Position numbers and translations under genes: made by a program. 64,000 nucleotides of DNA, taken from a bacterium. Lineage in GTDB: Archaea; Thermoplasmatota; E2; JACPAO01; JAHFTW01. The notes beneath the pieces are model-generated. The model did not search any database. It had not been told where the DNA came from and worked only from the letters and a program-made list of their open reading frames with translations. The stretch spans positions 1 through 64,000 of the forward strand of contig JAZJZE010000003.1 of the NCBI GenBank assembly GCA_040390065.1, given 5' to 3'. This document shows, in pieces, positions 1 to 8,701 of the stretch; positions within the stretch are counted from its first letter, which is position 1; every line of letters starts with the position of its first letter.

Positions 1-225
1 TCGTCGCGCCTTGGGCGCGCGACCGGAGTTGCTGGGGCTCTCGGCGTCAGCCGCGAAGCGGCTCGCCGGGGGGAAGGGTCGTCGCGCCTTGGGCGCGCGA
101 CCGGAGTTGCTGGGGCTCTCGGCGTCAGCCGCGAAGCGGCTCGCCGGGGGGAAGGGTCGTCGCGCCTTGGGCGCGCGACCGGAGTTGCTGGGGCTCTCGG
201 CGTCAGCCGCGGATGGGCTCGCCGG
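1..225. repeat. 78-bp tandem repeat, ~2.8 copies, running off the window edge; each unit has two hairpins
   Basis: The unit TCGTCGCGCCTTGGGCGCGCGACCGGAGTTGCTGGGGCTCTCGGCGTCAGCCGCGAAGCGGCTCGCCGGGGGGAAGGG starts at 1, 79 and 157; the third copy diverges after ~210. 78 is a multiple of 3. Confidence 0.95.
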
Positions 226-248
226 GCCGATGGGCCGCGTCCTGTCAC
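1..248 (-). CDS. Probable 5' end of the next pilus-locus gene (partial), with a repeat-expanded leader
   Basis: GTG at 248 overlaps the TGA of the upstream gene (GTGA, as at other junctions here) and the frame is open to the edge, ending ...ARPRRD, similar to the LRRDEG/LRTDERG signal motifs. ATG at 255 in another open frame is an alternative. Confidence 0.4.
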   Translation of the reverse strand, partial: MTGRGPSARRAHPRLTPRAPATPVARPRRDDPSPRRAASRLTPRAPATPVARPRRDDPSPRRAASRLTPRAPATPVARPRRD

Positions 249-1495
249 GCGCCATACCAGATCACCAACTGCAGGCCATAGATGGGGAAGTCGTCGGGGG
301 CCTGCGCCGTTGGCAGCTCCACCCGGCCGTACACTGGCGTTCCGGTGCAGTCGACATTGGGGAAACCCTGCCACACGCCGAACGGCCCCGCGGGCGGCAC
401 GCGTTCCTGCCCGGCCGTCTGCCCTTGCCACAGGCTCACCCACGTGGCCCCCGCCGGCCCCGTCTTCGAGCCCTCGTCGAGGAGCGAAAGCATGACGGCG
501 CTGGCGGTCGCAGTGGCCGGGGCCGACAACGTGATGTGGGTCGCGTCTGGCACGGCCACGACCGTGGTCCCAACAGCGACTCCGGCCGCCAGGACGCGCT
601 TGCCGATGTCCGCGGCCGTAAAGGCGGCCGTCGCGGATGCAACGGCAGTCTGGGCGATGGTGGTCACACCGTCGTTGACCGTGCGGGTGCGGATGGCGGC
701 CGTTGCGTCGTCGACGGGGGCGCGCAGGCACTTGGTCGTCGCGGCTTGAGTGAATCCGTACAGCTCTCCGGACGAGAGTTGGGCGCCGGGCGCGGCAGAC
801 GGCGCGTCGATGACGAAGCGCAACCCGGTGGCCGTCGCCGTGGCGGCAGCGGAGAGCACGACCACCGTGGAACTGGTCCGCGACACGATCAGCGCACCGG
901 CCGGGATGCCGGGGCCGACCACGCGCTTGCCGACGTCCCCGGCGGCGAAGTTGGCCGTCGCGGACGAGACCGATGTGGAGGCCGACGCGGTGACGCCATC
1001 CATAACGGTGCGGGACTGGTCGGCGTAGGCGTTCCAGCGCGGGAAGATCGGCGTCTCCGCCGCGTTCGCGCCCGCGGGCGCCCCGGAGCCACCGTACGGC
1101 AACAGGGTGGTCGTCGCGAGGCCGTTGTTGAGGCGTACGGCGTAGCGCGCCCCGGATGGGACGAGAAGGGCGAGGTCGTCGTCGACGGCGTGGGCCGTGT
1201 TGCAGTCGCCGGCCAGCACGAGGCCGACCCACGCTTCAAGGGTCAAGGAGCCCGACGGCGGCGTCGCGGCGGCGCATGCCGTGGCTTGGGTCACCAAAAA
1301 CGACTTGCGTGTCAGGATGCCCAACGTGTCGGATGCGACGCGGCCGAGATTCGAGCTGCCCTCTTGGCCGCTGCGGGCCGGTTTCTGGACGCTCGTGAAG
1401 AACAGGATCGCCGTGAGGATGATGACGGCGACGAGGACCGCCTCGACCACCATGAAGACGCCACCCTCGTCGCGCCGCAGCGTGGGGCGTGTCAC
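245..1495 (-). CDS. Pilin-like protein with class III signal peptide and two inserted beta-rich repeat domains
   Basis: GTG start overlaps the TadC stop; N-terminus TRPTLRRDEG/GVFMVVEAVLVAVIILTAILFF; two internal DGVT..SATA.F.A.D.GK.V...LSA.ATATA repeats; ends ...IYGLQLVIWYGA. Confidence 0.8.
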   Translation of the reverse strand: MTRPTLRRDEGGVFMVVEAVLVAVIILTAILFFTSVQKPARSGQEGSSNLGRVASDTLGILTRKSFLVTQATACAAATPPSGSLTLEAWVGLVLAGDCNTAHAVDDDLALLVPSGARYAVRLNNGLATTTLLPYGGSGAPAGANAAETPIFPRWNAYADQSRTVMDGVTASASTSVSSATANFAAGDVGKRVVGPGIPAGALIVSRTSSTVVVLSAAATATATGLRFVIDAPSAAPGAQLSSGELYGFTQAATTKCLRAPVDDATAAIRTRTVNDGVTTIAQTAVASATAAFTAADIGKRVLAAGVAVGTTVVAVPDATHITLSAPATATASAVMLSLLDEGSKTGPAGATWVSLWQGQTAGQERVPPAGPFGVWQGFPNVDCTGTPVYGRVELPTAQAPDDFPIYGLQLVIWYGA

Positions 1496-3600
1496 GGCCA
1501 CAGCATCACCATCGCCGTGGCCCCGACCTGTGTGGCGTCCGTGGCGGCGGCTCCGGCGTCCGCACCGCCTGACGTCATGAAGCCCATGAGGACACGGAAG
1601 GCCAGCCAGGCGAATCCCATCATGATGGCGATGTGCACGAAGCCGGCAAGCGGATGGCCCTTGGTAAGCACGCCGCCCACGAGGCCGCCCCCGATGGCCT
1701 GCACGACAGCAGCCTGGAAGAAGATGGCATTGAAGTCCTCGACGTCGAAGTCCTTCAAATTGAGTCCGCCCACCTTCTGGCCGGTCGTCCCGGAGACGGC
1801 ATGCTTGAACGCCGGGATGAATTGGGCAGCCAGGACCATGACGACTGCGATGAAGACGAAGAACGAGATGTAGATCACGACGTTGTACATGCCCATCTGC
1901 GAGCTGCGCTCGGCGACGATCTGCTTGATCTCTCGGGCGTCCTCCGACGCGGCCGTGAGGATGTCGACCATGGAGCCGCCGGCCTTCTGCGCCTCGACGA
2001 CGAGGGCGACCGTGCGGTCGATGAGCGGCGTCTTGCACCGCAGGGCGAAGCGCTGCAAGGCGTCTCCGAAGTCCACGCCCCACTCGACTTGGGCCGCCAT
2101 GATCTTGATCTCGGGCGTCAAGGCGCCGTACGTTCCTTGCGCCGCGGTCACGAGGGCACGGGGCAGCGTCATGCCGGCACGCGCCGATTCCGCGATGTCG
2201 CGCAGGAAATCGGGGAACTTCTCGTCGACGGCTGCGACGCGGTTCTTTTCGCGGTTGTAGAAGAAGCCGACGGGGCCGGCGCCGAACATGGCCGTCAGGA
2301 TGAACAGGTCCGTTGCGTACTTCGGCCCGAAGCCCTCGGCGTTCGTGCCGAAACTCCCCTGTGCGCACATGAAGCACGCAATCCCCGAAAGCACCGCCAG
2401 GAAGCCCGTGAAGATGTAGATGCTGATGCGCGCGACCTCCTGCGGCGAGCGCTTGCGCTGGCTCACGAGGCGGTCGAGTTCGTTTCCCGTCTGCGCAGCC
2501 GGTCGCTCGAGCTTGCGGTGCTGCAGCATGCGGACGGCGACGATGCCGAGAAGGATGAGCGACCCGCCCACGTAGAACACCGTGAGGCTGCCGATGATGT
2601 TGGCATCCTGCAGCGGGATGGTGTCCGTGAGCAGTAGCCCCGCAAACGCCATGCTGGCGGCGACGAAGATGGACGCGATCACGTAGGTGCGAAGGGCGCG
2701 CTTCTTCAGCAGCTCCGCCAGTTCGGGGTCCGGCCGCTTGGCTTGGTTGATGGCGCCGCGGAACATCGACCAGAGCGACGGGAGCCGCAGGCGGATGCGC
2801 ATGGCGACGAACTCGATGAGGACGCCGAGTGTCACGATGTAGACGGCCTGGCTTTCCTTGAGGTCGAGGGGATTGAACAGCTGTGTTGCGACGAGGACGC
2901 CAAATGCGATGATGAGCCCCGCCAACGGCGACAGGAACGTGGCGGCTGCCGAGGAGCGCGGCGACGGCGTGTAGCGCGACGGGTTGTTCTCGCGCACCAC
3001 CAGGGCAAGCAGGTAGACCAGCAGCATGATGGTCTGGATGAGCACGAAACTCGAGGCCAGCGCCGTGCCCAAGGTGCCGATGTCCTCCTGCGGGATCACC
3101 TGCGTGAAGACCAGCAGGGCGAGGATCTCGATCACCACCATGACGATGACCGTGAACAGCGCCGTGATGCTGATCGTCGTGAGGAAGATGTCCGAGCGTG
3201 CCCGGTTCAGGACCGTCGGGCCCCCGTCACCGAGGTTTTCCCAACGGATGGTGTTGAAGAGGAAGGACGCGCCGATGAGCGCCCCCGTGGCGACCGCCAA
3301 GGCCACCGTCTGCAACCCGACGCTGAGCGGGATGAAACCGGCCCCGGCGAGGACGACGCAGAGCAGGAGAAGCAGGACTGCGACGATGGTGCCCTCGAGG
3401 AGGGCCTTACGCGTCTTGTCGGGCATGCCGGGGCGTGCGGCCGGCACGGGCACTGCCGCCGGTACCGGGACTGCCGCGGGTGGCCGGGGCATGGAAGGCC
3501 GCCGTGGTGCTTGCGTGGCCTGCGGTTCCTCGGGCACCTCCTCGAAACCTTCGGGGACCTCCTCGAAGCCCTCGGGGACCTCCTCGAACCCTTCGCCCAC
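1492..3600 (-). CDS. Type II secretion system F family (TadC/FlaJ-like) membrane protein with extended N-terminal multi-TM region
   Basis: C-terminal T2SSF motif KFPDFLRDIAESARAGMTLPRAL...YGALTPEI...VEWGVDFGDAL; many hydrophobic helices; lies in the pilus locus. Confidence 0.9.
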   Translation of the reverse strand: MGEGFEEVPEGFEEVPEGFEEVPEEPQATQAPRRPSMPRPPAAVPVPAAVPVPAARPGMPDKTRKALLEGTIVAVLLLLLCVVLAGAGFIPLSVGLQTVALAVATGALIGASFLFNTIRWENLGDGGPTVLNRARSDIFLTTISITALFTVIVMVVIEILALLVFTQVIPQEDIGTLGTALASSFVLIQTIMLLVYLLALVVRENNPSRYTPSPRSSAAATFLSPLAGLIIAFGVLVATQLFNPLDLKESQAVYIVTLGVLIEFVAMRIRLRLPSLWSMFRGAINQAKRPDPELAELLKKRALRTYVIASIFVAASMAFAGLLLTDTIPLQDANIIGSLTVFYVGGSLILLGIVAVRMLQHRKLERPAAQTGNELDRLVSQRKRSPQEVARISIYIFTGFLAVLSGIACFMCAQGSFGTNAEGFGPKYATDLFILTAMFGAGPVGFFYNREKNRVAAVDEKFPDFLRDIAESARAGMTLPRALVTAAQGTYGALTPEIKIMAAQVEWGVDFGDALQRFALRCKTPLIDRTVALVVEAQKAGGSMVDILTAASEDAREIKQIVAERSSQMGMYNVVIYISFFVFIAVVMVLAAQFIPAFKHAVSGTTGQKVGGLNLKDFDVEDFNAIFFQAAVVQAIGGGLVGGVLTKGHPLAGFVHIAIMMGFAWLAFRVLMGFMTSGGADAGAAATDATQVGATAMVMLWP
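3528..3595 (-). repeat. 21-bp in-frame tandem repeat x3 encoding EGFEEVP
   Basis: TCGGG(C/G)ACCTCCTCGAA(A/G)CC-type unit three times at the start of the TadC-like gene. Confidence 0.9.
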
Positions 3601-3601
3601 G

Positions 3602-4471
3602 TCACACCTCCGGGATCATTTTCCAAAGTCCGTACATGAAGCCGCCATTGATGACGGGCAGGAGCAGGAAGATGATGAGTTGCAGTTGCGTCATGTCGCC
3701 CGAGCCCATGAGCACGATGATGGCGACCATGACGATGAGAAAGAGCGGGCCGGCGACGGCGGCGGTGACGTACGTCTCCGCCATGAGGCCCATGGTCTCG
3801 ATGAACGTCTTCTGCTCGACGCGGTTCTCCCACTGGTATCGATCGGCCTTCTGCCGGAAATAGGCGGTCAAGTCGCCGCCCGACGTGATGGTCGTGATGG
3901 CCCCCTGCAGGAGTTCCTGGAACTTGACGGAGGGCGTGCGGTCGATGGCGCGCCGCAATGCGGTCACGATGTCCTTGCCGTGCACGACCAGGTCCTTGTA
4001 GATCATGGCGGCCTCCTTCGCCACCTCGCCGTAGATGTCCTGCTTGGCCAGGCTCTTGAAGATCTCCGCGGGGATGACGCCGGCAGACGCCATGGCGGCG
4101 ATGTAGTTCGTCGCGTAGGCCAGGCGGAGGTTGATGTTCTTGGCGCGTTTCTTGGCGTTCGACGCGGGTGTTGCGGAGGCGACGACGTAGGCGATGGCGC
4201 CGCCGAGGATTGGCGGGAACGGCACGAAGACCCAGATGACTGGGCTCATCTCAAGCACCAGTGTCATCGCAACGATGCCCATGATGCCCAGGATGAGGAA
4301 CGCGCCAGCGGTCAGGAGCGCAGCCAGCATGCACTTGGCAAGATAGGCTTCGGCGCGAACCGGCATCTGGGCCTTGCGCAGCGCCTCCTCCAGTTTGGGC
4401 AGACCTTTCGACTTGCGGGCGCGTTCGCCAAGGACGTTGTACGCGAAGCGGTCGAACGCCGTCAGGCCCAA
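3602..4471 (-). CDS. Type II secretion system F family (TadB/FlaJ-like) protein
   Basis: LEEALRKAQMPVRAEAY...INLRLAYATNYIAAMASAG...YGEVAKE...TPSVKFQELLQG motifs. TTG start at 4471 is preceded by AGGAGG and overlaps the ATPase stop. Confidence 0.9.
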   Translation of the reverse strand: MGLTAFDRFAYNVLGERARKSKGLPKLEEALRKAQMPVRAEAYLAKCMLAALLTAGAFLILGIMGIVAMTLVLEMSPVIWVFVPFPPILGGAIAYVVASATPASNAKKRAKNINLRLAYATNYIAAMASAGVIPAEIFKSLAKQDIYGEVAKEAAMIYKDLVVHGKDIVTALRRAIDRTPSVKFQELLQGAITTITSGGDLTAYFRQKADRYQWENRVEQKTFIETMGLMAETYVTAAVAGPLFLIVMVAIIVLMGSGDMTQLQLIIFLLLPVINGGFMYGLWKMIPEV

Positions 4472-6921
4472 GGCAGATCCTCCTGCACCAAGCCCATGAT
4501 CTTCGTCTTGTCGAAGAAGAAGGCGTTGATGATGTCGGCGATGATCTTGTACTCCCGAATCTGCTGCTTCACCATCCACTCGATGACGCGGCGCCGGTCG
4601 TCCATCTCGGCGAGGACCTGGTCCGTGTCGAGGCCGTTCTCGGCCGCGATGCGCTCGAGCGAATAGCTCACGCCGGAGAAAATGAACTCGTCCGTCGCGG
4701 GTTCCCAGTGGAACACCTCGTTGGTGAGGATCTCACGCGTGTTCGGGTCAAGGCCGACGATTTCGGTGATCTGCTTGGTGCGACGGACACGTTTGCCGCC
4801 CACGCGCGTCTGGATCTGCACGGCGACGACGTCGAGGGCTTCCAGCAGGGCGCGCGGGATGTTGATGGGGTCCGACTCCAACCTGTGGATGACGGCGTCC
4901 ACGGAGTCGGCGTGCATCGTGCCGTATGCGGCGTGGCCGGTCGCCATCGCCTGGAACAGGTTGTACGCTTCGGCGCCGCGCACTTCACCGACGATGATGT
5001 ACTCGGGCCGCTGACGCAGGGCGTTCTTGAGCAGCTGGAACATGTCGATCTCGCCGGCCTGGCGCCCATGCGCGTCACGCGGTCCGAAGCCGCCACGCGT
5101 CAACCCTGCGATCCAGTTGGGTTGCGGGATGTTCAGTTCGCGCGTGTCCTCGATCGTGATGACCTTCATGGCCGGCGGGATGAACAGCATGATGGCGTTG
5201 ATTGCCGTCGTCTTGCCCGACGCCGTGCCGCCCGAATAGATGGCGGACTGGCGGTTGGCGATGACCATCCAGAGGTACGCGAGCATCTGCGAGGACATGG
5301 TGCCGAATCGCACGAGGTCGACGGGCGAGAACGGGACCTCACGGAACTTGCGGATGGTGAACGAACTTCCGAACGTCGACACCTCCTTCGCGAGTGTGGC
5401 CTGCAGGCGGCTGCCGTCGCGCATCGTCGCGTCCAAGATGGGTTCCGCGATGGAGACGTGCTTGCCGGCGCGCTGGGCGAGGCGGATGACAAAGGAGTCC
5501 AGCACTTCGTGGCCGCGCCAGCGCACGGTCGTGGTGAGCGACTCGTACTTGCGGTGGTAGATGAAGATCGGCTGGTGGGGGCCGTCGCACGAGATGTCCT
5601 CGATCATCGGGTCGTGCATGAAGATGTCAATCGGCCCTTCGCCGATGAAGTCGCGGAACACGTAGTACAGGAGCCGGTCTTTGGACTCGGCTTCCGTTGA
5701 CTCCTCGTCGCCCAGGCGGACCGAGTAGTCCTCCATGACGCTCTCGAACTTCTTGCGGATGTAGACCGAGATCTCCTCCTTGTCCAGGTCGGACGGCTGC
5801 AGGTCGAGCACGTCCACGAGCGTCTGTTCGATGAAGGTGAGAAGCAGCTGCTCGTCGTGGTTCAGCTTCGGCTCGATCACGTGGTAGAGCGTGGCATGCG
5901 TGCGCGTGTTGCGGATGATCTGGACGTAGGCGTACGGCGCCCGCAACGGGTAGACCTCGAGTTCGACGTCGTCCGGGTCGGTATGGTACTCCAGCGCGTC
6001 CTCGAGGACCCACTCGTCCATGAGCTTCTTCTGCTGCTCCTCGTCCTTGCCCTCCAAGGCCGCTGCGCGCCGCGTCTCCTCTTTCCAGCGGATGGCTTCG
6101 CGACGCTTCTCTTCGCGCACCAACTCTTCGGGCCGCTCGGACGCGGGCGCCGGGAACTCGGGCAGCTTGGCCTTCGGCGTCACGGCCCTGCGGTGTGCGG
6201 CTTCTTCGAGGGCGCTCCTGCCGGTCATGATGTCGCGCCGACCCGAACTTCCGGCCGCCTTGTCGACGGCGGTCGCTTCGCCGCGGCCGACCGTGCGCGT
6301 CGGCGTTGCCTGGCCGACCATCTCGTCCTGCGCGGCGGCGCGTTTGGCGCGGCGCGGCCCCGATTCCTCGGCGACGATGGGTGCAGGCTGGGCTTCTTGA
6401 ACGGGTTCCGGCGCGGGAGCGGGAGCCGGTGGGGAGGCCTGCGCAGCCGCCTTGCGCCGCGGGGCCGCTGTGGGGGGCCCGGGCGCTGCGGGGGCGGATT
6501 TCCCTTTCTTCTCGGCAGGCGCCGGCCGCTTCGGCGACGCGACCTCAGGCTGCGGCAACGTGGCTTCGAGCGCTGCCGCCATGACATCGCGCGACGTCTC
6601 CGGGCGTGTACGGCCCGGCGGCGGCATGGGCTCATCGGCCTCGGCGCGTGCCGGCGCTGCAGGTCGGACTGGCTGCGACGCAGGCGGAGCCGGCGGGGGG
6701 GTTGGCTGCGCGGCCTTCGGGCGCAGCGCCTTCAGCCACGCGGTCTTGCCCGATGATTCGGGGCGGGCGGCACGCACGGCAGGCGCTGGCGCAGCCTGAG
6801 TGGGAGGCAGGCGGCCGGGCGCGGCGGCCGGGCGCGGCGGGGCTCCCGGCGGGTCCGGCGACTGATGCGGCAACGGGCGCTCGGCGGCCGGCTGCTTGTC
6901 TTTCTTGGCGTCAGGGGTCAT
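4462..6921 (-). CDS. Type II/IV secretion system ATPase (FlaI/VirB11 family) with long Pro/Ala-rich N-terminus
   Basis: Walker A GGTASGKTT, ITIEDTREL, LRQRPEYIIVGEVRG, GHAAYGTMHA. Confidence 0.95.
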   Translation of the reverse strand: MTPDAKKDKQPAAERPLPHQSPDPPGAPPRPAAAPGRLPPTQAAPAPAVRAARPESSGKTAWLKALRPKAAQPTPPPAPPASQPVRPAAPARAEADEPMPPPGRTRPETSRDVMAAALEATLPQPEVASPKRPAPAEKKGKSAPAAPGPPTAAPRRKAAAQASPPAPAPAPEPVQEAQPAPIVAEESGPRRAKRAAAQDEMVGQATPTRTVGRGEATAVDKAAGSSGRRDIMTGRSALEEAAHRRAVTPKAKLPEFPAPASERPEELVREEKRREAIRWKEETRRAAALEGKDEEQQKKLMDEWVLEDALEYHTDPDDVELEVYPLRAPYAYVQIIRNTRTHATLYHVIEPKLNHDEQLLLTFIEQTLVDVLDLQPSDLDKEEISVYIRKKFESVMEDYSVRLGDEESTEAESKDRLLYYVFRDFIGEGPIDIFMHDPMIEDISCDGPHQPIFIYHRKYESLTTTVRWRGHEVLDSFVIRLAQRAGKHVSIAEPILDATMRDGSRLQATLAKEVSTFGSSFTIRKFREVPFSPVDLVRFGTMSSQMLAYLWMVIANRQSAIYSGGTASGKTTAINAIMLFIPPAMKVITIEDTRELNIPQPNWIAGLTRGGFGPRDAHGRQAGEIDMFQLLKNALRQRPEYIIVGEVRGAEAYNLFQAMATGHAAYGTMHADSVDAVIHRLESDPINIPRALLEALDVVAVQIQTRVGGKRVRRTKQITEIVGLDPNTREILTNEVFHWEPATDEFIFSGVSYSLERIAAENGLDTDQVLAEMDDRRRVIEWMVKQQIREYKIIADIINAFFFDKTKIMGLVQEDLPWA

Positions 6922-7523
6922 GCGGCGGGCTCCACGAACAGGCAGGATTGGGTCGGGTAGGTGTCGACGTTGAACGCGATGCTGATGTGCCCGCCACGCG
7001 CGGACGTGCCCGTCCCGGTGGGTCCGGGGCAGATGTCGACGGTGAGCGGCGCGCTGGCGGAGAAGATGGGTGCGGTCACGTCGACGGCCGCGCCGGCAAC
7101 GACGACGTGCACGCGCTCGACGTTGCCGTTGGCTGCCGGCTCGATGGCCACCGTATAGGAGAATCCCTCGAGGTCTTCGGGCAGGGGGGCAAGGAACCGC
7201 ATCGCGGTGGTGGTCCCTTGCGTCTCGGCGAGAAGGGACGCTTCCACGACCAGGCTCGAGACTCGTGTCGCCGCCGACTGGGCGCGCAGATCGATGACGT
7301 TACGGCGGGCGTCGTTCTGCGCCTTGTTGAACGCCAGCATGCCAAGGATCAGCAGGACGGCCACAATGGCGAAGACGAGGATGTAGCCGATGATCTCGCT
7401 GACCGCGGTCTCGTCGTCGGCGAGGGCGCCTCGAGGCTGCCCGCGGCCGCGCGGCGGGCCGCTGCGGCCGGACCTTCCGGGTGGTGTTCGTTCAGGAGGC
7501 AAGGCTGGTCGCAATCCGGGCAT
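6918..7523 (-). CDS. Pilin-like protein with class III signal peptide
   Basis: LADDETA/VSEIIGYILVFAIVAVLLILG; ATGA overlap with the ATPase start; exact start uncertain. Confidence 0.8.
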   Translation of the reverse strand: MPGLRPALPPERTPPGRSGRSGPPRGRGQPRGALADDETAVSEIIGYILVFAIVAVLLILGMLAFNKAQNDARRNVIDLRAQSAATRVSSLVVEASLLAETQGTTTAMRFLAPLPEDLEGFSYTVAIEPAANGNVERVHVVVAGAAVDVTAPIFSASAPLTVDICPGPTGTGTSARGGHISIAFNVDTYPTQSCLFVEPAA

Positions 7524-8628
7524 GAAGGAAGCGGAACTTGAAGGGATGGCCGGCCCCGGCGCAGGTGAGGCACGTGTAGGTGAGCGAGCGCAGGCCCAGC
7601 GAGCCGCCCGCCGTACAATTGAACGTGCCATCCTCAGTATAGATGCCGGCGCCGCCGAGTTGCTGGTTGCGCAGGAGGAAGGAGTTGCACCACGGCTGGG
7701 CCAGCGGGCCGCTCCAGTCGAAGCGGAGTTTGTACACGGTCGGTTCGTCGACGCGCGTGGCCACTCCCAAGAGTGACATGGAGACTTCATGGGACTTGGC
7801 ACCCGTGACGCCTGCATAGATGCCGCCCGTGGCGATCAGCGTGCGCAGCCACAGGCCGTAATACCCCGGCCCGAAGGCCGAATCGCCGATGGGCGCCTCC
7901 TTCTCGAGGTAGTACCCACCACTGCGCTGGCCGAAGACGGCGCCGCCGTCGAAGAACTCCTCGTAGCGTCCAGTGGCCGTGTCCATGCGCCAGCGCACCA
8001 TGTCGGCGGAGTGCAGCCACGCCTCGGCGTAGACCGTCGGGTTGGCGTTGCCGTCGGTGAGGCGGAACGCCCAGTCGCCCTTGCTGAAGTCGGCGCCGCC
8101 AACCGACGCCGTGCCGCCGGACAGGCTGGCGGTCTGCCGTGTGATCGTGCTTCCGGCCACGGCGTCAATCTCGAGGCACGCGGTGCCAGCGGCCATCGGG
8201 AACGTGCACGTGACGCTTGGCGAGCGGCAGCCGGTGGAGCTGATGGTGACGGACGCGCCGGCATCCGACCAGTCGGAGACGTGCAGGTCGCAGTACTGGA
8301 ACGCCGTGTCGTGGTCTGAGGCGATGAGGAAGCGGTCGCCTGCGGCGAGGTCGATGGTCCCCCCGGGGAGGTTGATGGCCGGCTTGCGGGCGTGGTCGGG
8401 CACCGACATCTCCTGGGCGTCGTCGCGCAGCGTCTCGAAACTGCCTTCCATGGACGCTTGCGCGTTGCGCGCTTGGATGCGGTCGATGGCGGGCGCGCCG
8501 TACGCAAGGACTCCCGCGATGCCGACAATCGTGATGCCGAGAATCAGGATTGTGCCGATGACGGGCGAGACGCCACGCTCGTCGGTCCGCAGGGGCGCGA
8601 CGGTCGGGTGGGCGGCAGGGGGGGTCAT
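7492..8628 (-). CDS. Archaeal type IV pilin-like protein, Cys-containing
   Basis: LRTDERG/VSPVIGTILILGITIVGIAGV is a typical archaeal pilin N-terminus; ATG 8661 is an alternative start. Confidence 0.85.
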   Translation of the reverse strand: MTPPAAHPTVAPLRTDERGVSPVIGTILILGITIVGIAGVLAYGAPAIDRIQARNAQASMEGSFETLRDDAQEMSVPDHARKPAINLPGGTIDLAAGDRFLIASDHDTAFQYCDLHVSDWSDAGASVTISSTGCRSPSVTCTFPMAAGTACLEIDAVAGSTITRQTASLSGGTASVGGADFSKGDWAFRLTDGNANPTVYAEAWLHSADMVRWRMDTATGRYEEFFDGGAVFGQRSGGYYLEKEAPIGDSAFGPGYYGLWLRTLIATGGIYAGVTGAKSHEVSMSLLGVATRVDEPTVYKLRFDWSGPLAQPWCNSFLLRNQQLGGAGIYTEDGTFNCTAGGSLGLRSLTYTCLTCAGAGHPFKFRFLHARIATSLAS

Positions 8629-8701
8629 GGGGGCGTGGCCGGCATTGGGGACAGGGGGCATTTAGAACACCCGCTAGGGTCCCGGCGCCCAAGAGGCCGC
8701 T

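Noticed and set aside
1-225. CRISPR array
   Set aside because: Units are contiguous 78-bp copies with no unique spacers, and no cas genes are in the window.
11-1873. 620-aa plus-strand ORF
   Set aside because: Antisense shadow of the pilin-like and TadC genes; Arg/Gly-rich composition typical of high-GC non-coding frames.
245-2377. 710-aa version of the pilin-like gene
   Set aside because: The upstream part overlaps TadC out of frame; the signal peptide and GTGA coupling place the start at 1495.
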